Assembly (NCBI RefSeq): GCF_006345805.1
Contig: NC_042999.1
Span: 17,918,001-17,982,000 of the forward strand
Direction of reading: 5' to 3'
DNA length: 64,000 bases
Source: Octopus sinensis
Taxonomy: Eukaryota
In this document: piece by piece, positions 55,164 through 64,000 of the stretch
How the letters are laid out: every line of letters starts with the position of its first letter
Position numbering within the stretch: the stretch's first letter is position 1
Position numbers and translations under genes: made by a program
Notes under the pieces: generated by a model
What the model saw: only the letters and a program-made list of their open reading frames with translations
Databases searched by the model: none
Told to the model about the DNA's origin: nothing

Positions 55164-55197
<34 letters not shown>

Positions 55198-55404
55198 AAT
55201 ATATATATATATTATATATATATATATATATTATATATATATATATTTATATATATATATGTATAGATCAATAAATGGTGGGGTTGTGTTGACCGCAGGT
55301 GGAGAAATGATAAGTAAGGAAAAATTTTTTTTAAAATGCAGAATGCTCAAATGAAAGAAAATTTTAATAATATGAGAAATTGATAAAATATATAAATATA
55401 TATT

Positions 55405-55445
55405 TATTCAACCGGTTTTCGTCATTGTATGACTTGTCAAGAATA
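55405..55445 (-). ncRNA. Hammerhead-like motif in the PLE 3' terminal repeat (variant core UUGACAA)
   Basis: TATTC-TTGACAA-GTCAT-ACA-ATGAC-GAAA-ACCGG-TT-GAATA; stems I and II and a palindromic stem III are intact. Confidence 0.65.
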
Positions 55446-56074
55446 TTTATGTTTTAAGAAGTTTTTTTAAAAGTTAGAAAGGGGAAAAAAAGAAAATTGC
55501 ATTGTTTTTTGTAAAAGAATAATGATAAAAATGTACAAAAATTAAAAAATAAGTTCTCCGATACATTGTGAGTTCGTTGTGTATCTTGAGTTCTATGGTT
55601 GTTTACGAAAAAATTACCTTGAGGTGTTAAGATCCAAAGGGATTAAGAGCATGTGTTGTGTTGTGTTGTTAAATTCAGCATGTTTGCAGGACAGGAAGTA
55701 GTAGTAATTGTGGTCCTGGTTCTTCAGTTCCTGTGTTGTGAGTAAGGGGAGACAACTCTTTTGAGTTCTTCAATAAAACCCAAATTATAAAACTATCATT
55801 TTAGCTTCATTTGCATTATCTTTTTTATATAATTGCTTGTTAACTTAACTTTCAGATTTTAACACTTTATTTATATTATTTTCTAATAATATAATCTGCA
55901 TAGACAATTGCATTTCAAATTGTCATATCATTTATAATAAAAATGATAGTAATAACAACAATAGTAAAAATGATATTTAAAGAATATCAGTTTTAGCTTG
56001 AAGTGATGAATGCATGGTATCTTTATATATTTGTGTTAGTCCATCCATGAAGAGTGAGGTAGAGAAAGGAAGTT

Positions 56075-58388
56075 TGATCAACGAGGAGTTTGCATATTAA
56101 GTTGTGTTTGGAATTTTTCAATAAAGAGATTCTCCTTGTTAATTCTCTCCTGTGTGGTGATCCCGTCTTTACATTGGTAGAAGGGGAATATATAGAATTT
56201 GGGGTTTAAGTCTTTAGCACATGAGTCTAAGTGGTCACTCAGTGGAATTTGTCGGTTCCGGGAGATTTATTTGTTCTTTATGCACCGTTACTCGTTTACG
56301 TAACGGGAGACTCGTTTGTCCAACATAATTATGTTGGCAACCAGCGCATGTGAGAACGTAGATAAGGTTCTCGGAGGAACAGGAGAAGTTAGTCTAGATT
56401 TTAAACTTCGTACCTTGTTTGAAGGTAAATTCAGAGCCTTCAAGTAGAAAGGGACAGGTACCACAGTTTGAGCGTGCACATTTTTTTTACTGTTGGGGGT
56501 GGATGTCGTGTGTGAAGTTTGGCATTTGTCAAGAGTTTTTTTAAAGATTTGTGTTGCCTTTTGCATTTGAGGATGTTGTGTGTATTTATAATGTTTTTCA
56601 TTTTTGGGTCTGTTGACAGTAGACTGAGGTTTTGTATGATTGTGGTGTATGCTTCGATATTTTTGGGGTTGTGGGTGGAAATGTATGGAAGTATTTTGAG
56701 GTTGTGTGTGGTGTTAGGTTGGGTGGTTTTCAGTGTAGTGTTGTCTAGTTCTTTGGCGCGTTTTATTCCATACTCTATAAGGGTGGAGGGATATTGACGT
56801 TGTAATAGTGTTTTTTTGAGGTCTTGAAGGCGTATTTCTCGTGTTTTTGGATCCGAGACAATGGTGCATACCCTTTTAGCTAAATTGAAAGGGATATTGG
56901 TGTGTTTTGGGTGGCATGAACTAAAGAGGAGGTATTGTTGTGAGTCTGTAGGTTTGTGGTAGATGTCTGTTATGATTTGGTTCTTAGGTGTTTTTTAATA
57001 ATTAGGAGATCAAGGAATGGGAGATGATGTTTGCTTAATTCCATAGTGAATTGGATGTTGGGATGTATGTTGTTTAGTATGGTTTTGAATTCCAGGAGTT
57101 TTTCATAAGGTTCTTTCCATATGATGAAACAATCATCTAAATACCTTTTCCAGTTTTCCATTAGGTAGGTGTGGAAAACATGTCCAAATTTCTGGCTTGA
57201 TATTTCATAGAGTGACAGTTCGAAGTAACCCATTATGAGGTTCGCAAGGACTGGTGCAGCCTTGGTACCCATCGCAATGCCACATTTTTGACGGTAGTGT
57301 GGTGTCGTCGAAGAGAAAAAAATTGTTTGTCAGAATGAACTTAAGAGATTCTGTAATAAAAGACTTGTTAATGCGGTCAGGGAATGTCTCTGGGTGTTTT
57401 TCTAGCCAGAAGTCAATTGCCTCTATACCATACTCATGTGGAATGTTGGTGTAGAGGTTGATGACATCAAAGGATACCAGGAGTGCCTCCTCGTTAACTG
57501 TTTTCGGGAGGTGTTTGAGCATGTCCAGATCATCCCTAATGAAACTTTTGATGTGGGTAAGGAAAGGTTTCAAAAGGATGTCTAGGAAGTTACTCAGGCG
57601 GTGTGTTTCACAGGAGGTACCAGCCACGATGGGCCTTAGTTTTAGGTCCAACGGTGCTTTGATGTTGATGTGATGGATGTCAGTGAGAGTTTGCAGGCTT
57701 CGGTGATGTATTTGTTTTTATGGATTTTAGGAAGGCCATAAAAATGCCTGGGCTTACATTTGAAAATGGTGATATAATCCCTTTCTTTTTCTGTGAGTCC
57801 CTGACCGTGTTGGCGTATGAGTGTGGTGAGGTTTCTGATTGTTTTTTGCTGTTTGTAGTTGTTAATAACCTCATAGAATATGTTATTGTTAAGCATGGAG
57901 AACACTCGGTGTTTATAAAATTCCGGGTCCATAAGGACCACAGCACTCCCTTTGTCCGCTTCTTTGATGGTGAGGTTTTTATCCAGTTGTATGTCACGTA
58001 GGTTTTCCCATTCTTCCTTACTGAAATTGGATTTTACCTTGGTTTTGCTTGGGGTAAAGGGGAGACTCTGGATGTGTTTACAGAAATCGTCCAGTGTTTT
58101 ATTTCTCCCTTTTGGTGGTAGGAAGTTGCTTTTATTTCTGATCAATGAATCGTCCCCATTGTTGATATCTGTCAAAGCTTCTGTTAGGCGAAGTTTTCTG
58201 CAGAATTCAGAAACGTCATCCTTGACCATGGGTGTTCTTGGGGTGGGTGTGAATTTCAAACCTCTTGCTAGGATGTTGATTTGGGTTGGTGTCAGTGTTT
58301 TGCTGGAGAGGTTTATAATTTTTGTTTTCTTATTTTGGGTCTGTGTTAGCGGTGGTGTTTGTATTTTTCCCCTCTGTCTAAAAAATGG
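56075..58388 (-). pseudogene. PLE reverse transcriptase plus GIY-YIG endonuclease (frameshifted)
   Basis: IINLSS..ILARGLKFTPTP, IKEADKGSAVV, FYGLPKIHK, LRPIVAG, VSFDVINLYTNIP, MGTKAAP, WKRYLDDCF, LPFLDL, DIYHKPTDSQQYL; CARSNCGTC linker; LIYVLTCAGCQHNYVGQT..LRKRVTVH. Confidence 0.93.
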
Positions 58389-58415
58389 TTGTTGAGGTAA
58401 GGGGTGTATTCTTTG

Positions 58416-59538
58416 TTAAAGTTCTGGTTGTATGTGTAGGAGTGTTTTTGGGTGGGGAGGTTGGAGGGGGGTAGGTAGTTGTCGTATTTGTGTTGGTATG
58501 GGATGCGATTGTGTAAGGATTTGTGAGAAATGCGATGGGTTTGTGGGTGTGTGTCTGGTAGATTGTATGGGGGATGTAGGTGGGTATGTAGTTGTGGTGA
58601 TTGGGTTCGTGTGGGATGTGAGGGTTTGGAGATCTGTAGGAGATGTGGTAGGAATGTGGTTGTTGGATGGGTGGACTATAGGGGTTCGTTGGGTGGGTCT
58701 TATATGTATCGGTGTGGGTAGGATGCCTTGTTTGTTATTAGTGTGAGGGAGGGAAGCCTTGAGGGGGGGATAATTTCTAGTGTATGGGAGGTTCTTGAAG
58801 GTTCTAATCGGTGGGGGAGGGGTGTTAGAGTGATTGGAAAACCAGGTTTTGTGGTGGGTCTTGTTTGAGATGTTTCGGGGGGGAAAAGGTTTTTTATATG
58901 GTTGGGGGAGGTTGTGTCCTGTTAGGAGGGGGTTTGGAGAGTATGTGTATTTGAGGTGCGGTTTGGAATGGTGTTTATGGGGTACAGTGGAAGTCTGTGT
59001 TGTGGGTACTTTTATGAATGGGTTTTTGGATTTATGGTTTAATATGAATTGTGTTTCATAATTGAGGAAGACATCTTTGTTGTTTTCCCAGCGTTTAAGG
59101 GAGGTTCGTTCTTCCTTTTCACATTCATCTTTCCATAGTTTAATAACAAGTTCGAGGGGCTGTTCGTTGGTGTGTGAGGTTAGTTCTAGAAGTATCTCAT
59201 CGTCTATTTTTGTGTATTTTTGTTCGTGGTTTTGTGCTCTGAGTTTTAGAAGTTCTACTTCGGTTTTCATTTTTTCCAATGTTAGTTTTTCTCTTAGGGA
59301 GCGTTGTTTTTCAGGTTCGTCAGGGATGTGTTTGATTTGGAATTTTCGGGGTAGTATGATAGGGGAGGAGTTTAACCATTTGTCGTAAATTTCAGCTTTG
59401 TTTTGGTCTTTGAGCATGTTCCAGAAGAGAAGTTTTGTGTTGTGTAGTTTCTTAGTCCAAGTAGTGATGATCTGGTTTTTAATGCGTTGTGCTGGGGTTG
59501 AATAGTGTTCCTTCTGTGTGTTGAGTGGTGTCTGAGGT
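58416..59538 (-). CDS. Upstream PLE ORF: charged, coiled-coil-like region followed by Pro/Thr/His low-complexity tail; no start codon identified at the element edge
   Basis: About 370 stop-free codons inside the element (EKQRSLREKLTLEKMKTEVELLKLRAQNHEQK). The N-terminal ~85 aa of the track ORF come from flanking (TA)n. Confidence 0.7.
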
Positions 59539-59598
59539 ATATGTATGTATATATATATATATATATAATATATATATATATATAATAATATATATATA

Positions 59599-59636
<38 letters not shown>

Positions 59637-59640
59637 TATA

Positions 59641-59682
<42 letters not shown>

Positions 59683-59694
59683 GTATATATATAT

Positions 59695-59857
59695 CTAATA
59701 TAGGATAAAAGTTTTAGAAAAAAATCTGTCAATGGCCAGCATATTAAAAAAATACCTTTTATAAACAACTTATAAACAAGGGCAAAAGACAAAATTACAA
59801 TGCCAGATATGCCGAAATAGAGACGTAGAATTTTTTCTTTTCCACTTGTTTATAAGT

Positions 59858-59860
<3 letters not shown>
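59695..59860. mobile_element. (TA)n-embedded short element with partial fold-back; homolog of 46186-46411
   Basis: TATAGGATAA...TCAATGGCCAGCATA...AATGCCAGATATGCCGAAA; inverted pair CAACTTATAAACAAG/CTTGTTTATAAGTTG. Confidence 0.7.
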
Positions 59861-59899
<39 letters not shown>

Positions 59900-59933
59900 T
59901 AAAAAATGGAGTTAACGCATGTTTAAACAAGTA

Positions 59934-60030
59934 TTTTTACTTTCTACATATGTTTCAAAAATTCCACTGATACTTATTCAAAAGAATAAAAGGTATAAAC
60001 AATGCAATCTTCTCTTCGGGAAAGTGAAAA
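59934..60030 (-). ncRNA. Type I hammerhead ribozyme with extended stem II (core CCGAAGA)
   Basis: ACTTTC-CCGAAGA-long stem II-GAAA-CATATG-TA-GAAAGT; palindromic ACATATGT stem III. Confidence 0.75.
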
Positions 60031-60695
60031 AACGAAACTCGTCAATACGACATTTTAGCAAAAAATGATGGATTCGTATAGCGATAGACAGAACGCTATT
60101 AATATTGTTTTAAAAAAACCTTATATGATATAACAAGGTAAAATACACTCATCTATTTATATATATATATATATATCACATTCGATTGTACTTGAATTAG
60201 ATTCATTAGTTTATTTATTATTCTTTAAATAAAAGAGACACTTCAAAAAGATTTAGTTTTATATGAATAAAAACAACTGTATCATGAATCTTCAAAACCT
60301 ACCCTATTTGTGTGAAATCAAGTAACATCTAACCGAAATCCGCACCAATCAACTGTATGATATTTTCTCCTGTTTATTCATGTAATAAATAGTTTATTTC
60401 CTATATTATGAGGAATGTGTGAAATAAACCGTATAATAATAATAATAAAAATGGATAATGTCATAGGAAATTATATTTCATCAGAATACCTCTGACAGCT
60501 GATGAAATAGTTCTGTGATTAGTTGAAACCTCAAGATACAAAGAAACAGCTGTTTAATTTAACGAAATTTTATTAATCAAAGGAACCACTTTGTACATAT
60601 ATTCGTGCCAAAATGATTCAATCTTCCCCTAACTCTTTACACACATATATGTGTGTACGTCTGTGTATTCATGCTTGCCTCTTTGAATGTACGTG

Positions 60696-60745
<50 letters not shown>

Positions 60746-60748
60746 TAC

Positions 60749-60791
<43 letters not shown>

Positions 60792-60915
60792 CATATATAT
60801 ATATATATACATATATATGTATGTATATGTCTATCTATCTATCTATATATCCATCGATATATACATATATGCATATATATATATATATAGACATGTATAT
60901 ACATGTCAATATATA

Positions 60916-61017
<102 letters not shown>

Positions 61018-61203
61018 TGCATATATACACGAATATATTTACATATCGCGTGCTGCTGCGAATAAATAAGGTTTCTACATACGCTCCGACAGAGCAATCT
61101 GATCTAATTACTAGAATTAGTTCTCTTTAAGTAACAATGTACATGTGTGTGCATTTTGTGATTAGCTTAATGGAACAACCATCATGGGAAATGTCTGGAG
61201 AAC

Positions 61204-61238
<35 letters not shown>

Positions 61239-61803
61239 GAGGAGAGAGAGAGAGGGAGGGAAAGAGAGATGAAGAAAAAAATTAATGTGGAAATGCGTTC
61301 GAGATTCTCTGGTGAAGGTGGGGATTTTTTTTTTTTTATTCATACAATGGAAATGAATCTAACAATGTAAACCGTTAACGTGTAGCAAGGCTCTATCGGA
61401 AATAAAAAAGAAAATGGATTAATAATTTTTCTGCCAATGAATGCGCTACAAATTTATTCACTCCTAAAGGCATTTTGTAACTGATTTAATTTTATTGTCC
61501 TCGTAATTTGTATTCTAACAAAAATGGATATTTATAAAAAAAGAAAAGAAAAACAAAACAAGAAAAAACAAACAAAGGAGGAAATACTGAAATGCTGATG
61601 AATAAAATAATGAAATTGAAAACAAAAGTAATACGTATGATAATATGCACCATAGGAATGATTAGAAAATTTGCGGGAAATTTCATGTAACAATCTCCGG
61701 GATTTATTCCCAATACATACGTATTCATACATCACACGTACATACATTCATACGCATACGCGTGCATTCATGTATGCACATATACATATGCATCTATTCA
61801 TAT

Positions 61804-61846
<43 letters not shown>

Positions 61847-61860
61847 AGTATATAAAGATA

Positions 61861-61958
<98 letters not shown>

Positions 61959-62069
61959 TATATGCGTGTGTGTGTGTATAAATATATATATGCTTTCGGA
62001 GCGAATGGTGACTCGTGTGACACGTGTGACTCGTGCCCACATATATATTTATGTCCATTTCCGACTGTG

Positions 62070-62545
62070 CAGTCTGTCTCGAAGCAAGACACCTTATATT
62101 TTACGTTTCTCCAGTCTTGATACGTAGGAAAGGGGGATGTACTTCTATTTTAGTGGGCTAGGCCAGCTCTGTCGCATTCGGTGTGTGGCGCCGCCGAATT
62201 TCCCCGAGAAGAACATTAAGCGTACGGGTTTGTTTGAAATACTAGGCCAGTTACACGTTAATATCAGAAGGTTGTACCTATTTCTTTACTACCCACAAGG
62301 GGTTAAACACAAAGGAGACAAACAAGGACAGACAGACGGATTAAGTCGATTATATCGGCCCCAGTGCGTAACTAGTACGTAATTTATCGACCCCGAGAGG
62401 ATGAAAGGCAAAGTCGACCTCGGCGGAATTTGAACATAACGGCAGACGAAATACGGCTACGCATTTCGCCCGGCGTCCTAACGTTTCTGCCAGCTCGCCG
62501 CCTTGATATGAGAAGGTTGTACCGTTGATCGAATCAACTGAAAAT
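62070..62545 (+). mobile_element. Old SINE family C interrupted by a family B SINE
   Basis: AGCAAGACACCTTATATTTTACGTT...CCCCGAGAA...GTTGATCG, homologous to 21620-21900. Confidence 0.7.
62279..62505 (-). mobile_element. SINE family B, young, with 18 bp TSD
   Basis: TSD ATAT(C/G)AGAAGGTTGTACC at 62261-62278 and 62506-62523. Confidence 0.9.
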
Positions 62546-63499
62546 TCATTGTCATATCAGAATATGAGTTTCGGTCCTACATACACACGCACGCGCTTGG
62601 AAATGTGCGCCCTAATTTGTAGGTTTACTTTTATGCGGGGAGCCAGATTGACCGTTTCCATAATGGACACCATGTATTCACTATTTGGCAAGTCGCTTGG
62701 AACAATGTATCGTAACTTAGATCTAGCAAACTTTTGGCCCTATTGCATATTTACTTCCCGTATGACAAATACGATCTTCAACTCCAACTATCAGTTGATT
62801 ATAATGTTCGAAAAACATTATTTTCACTAACTTACAGCTAGGGTTGATTGCTTTGGGGACTAGTTTGTCAATCCTTTGACTGTTAAAGTGTACTTACTGA
62901 TCTCATACTTCCAATGGAAACCTACCACTATTTGCGTCAAATTTTGTCCTCTATGGTGCCGTATGATTAAGTATGTCAGACTCGTCAGAGGCACTTTTCA
63001 ATTTGCAGTTTGATCGGCTGAAATTTTCCGACTATTTGTTGCTAAAGTTTTCTATACTAGAATTATGATGTCGGATGCTTGCCTCATTGATACTGTGACA
63101 TTGAACTTAACAGTTCATTTAGATATCGTAAGAAGTTCTTAATCCTTCCCATGGTAAAATGTTTTTCTTATCTTAGGAATTATTGGTGACCTCGTTATTA
63201 TATTTGTAAGTTTAACACTAATGGTGGGTAGCAGATGTGCAATTAGGATGAAAAGATGGTTTAATGTTTTCGTTTTCTTTCTCTCTTCACGAATTTAATT
63301 TTTGTTGTGGCTGTTCATTTCCTTTGTGTTATTATTTTTATTGTCATTTTATTGCTTTAATTTGCCTTGTCGATGTTACTGCTATTGCTATTGTGATCAC
63401 TCCCTGCTTTTCTAGAATGTTGTTGACAATCTCGTTCCCCGATGTCACCGAAAAATTGTTGGGTGACGCAGAAAACAACTGCCATCTCCCGGGTCTGGC

Positions 63500-63532
63500 T
63501 GTAATATTTATTAGAGCCCCGCCTTCCGGAGA
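63500..63532 (-). promoter_or_regulatory. Candidate promoter: ETS-type motif, GC box and TATA-like element
   Basis: Minus strand CCGGAAGGCGGGGCTCTAATAAATA in a locally CpG-richer, repeat-free patch. Confidence 0.3.
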
Positions 63533-64000
63533 AAATGATTATCTAGGGAGTTAACAAGCAAGGCGTCGTAGGGACATGGAGGGTAAATATATGCAATGCA
63601 AAAAGGGCGCGGTAGGTAGATGTTTACTCTGACCACTGTAAATATTGTGCTTGTGATTGAAGCGATCGACTAATTGGGATGTTCAATCAGACTTCATTTA
63701 GTATAAGCTGAAAAATGCTTTACTCTGATATGCATTGATTAGATGTTCACAGAAAACAGATCCCGTGTCATCTGTCTATAAGATGTAACGCTAAAGATGA
63801 ATATTTTAATTCACAGATCCAGTGGAGATCACCTATGTCTGTCTGTCCCTGACTAAACTGCCATTGACAACCACTAACATTTTCACTATAACTTTTGACA
63901 GCTTTTGTAACTCTGCGTTACCCAGTGTTATGGTCTGAAGTTATCTATTTTATCTCCTTTGTACGTTTAGAGCAGAATAATGCAGACGGAAAAGGGAAAC

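Larger units (their letters stand above)
55262..59538 (-). mobile_element. Neptune-type Penelope-like retroelement, probably 5'-truncated, inserted in (TA)n
   Basis: RT, Cys-rich linker and GIY-YIG coding remnants; strongly A/C-rich sense strand; (TA)n tracts abut both ends; HHR-like motif near the 3' end. Confidence 0.92.

Noticed and set aside
57720-59388. Plus-strand ORFs overlapping the PLE
   Set aside because: Antisense shadows of a compositionally skewed coding strand, with no motifs.
59539-59792. N-terminal part of the 458 aa ORF
   Set aside because: It runs through (TA)n and an unrelated short repeat outside the PLE, so it is not a real N-terminus.
60490-60556. CTGATGA...GAAAC and GAAACAGCTGTTT as a hammerhead
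   Set aside because: I could not build consistent stems I and II around a cleavage triplet.

Overview
Eukaryotic, very AT-rich DNA saturated with microsatellites, with no intact long gene. The SINE families and the (TA)n/(CA)n load resemble a coleoid cephalopod (Octopus-like) genome; this is an inference, not a search result. Nearly all ORFs in the track are microsatellite artefacts. The recognisable content is mobile DNA: a ~4.3 kb frameshifted Neptune-type Penelope-like element (PLE; RT, Cys-rich linker and GIY-YIG, minus strand) inside a (TA)n tract, two further PLE fragments, several LINE fragments, at least four SINE families, two deleted mariners, a Tigger-like MITE and non-autonomous Helitrons. 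The most striking hidden signal is about 19 type I hammerhead-ribozyme (HHR) motifs, from complete to degenerate. They lie in short non-coding elements that are typically anchored in (TA)n tracts and often built as fold-backs, with the ribozyme in the loop or in both arms, and they include recurrent non-canonical cores (CUGUUGA/CUGUAGA, UUGACAA, CCGAAGA). Other candidates are a -1 frameshift site (UUUUUUA) between a coiled-coil-like ORF and the RT of the Neptune element, two small well-formed minus-strand exons and a possible promoter near the right end. All folds and alignments were read by eye.
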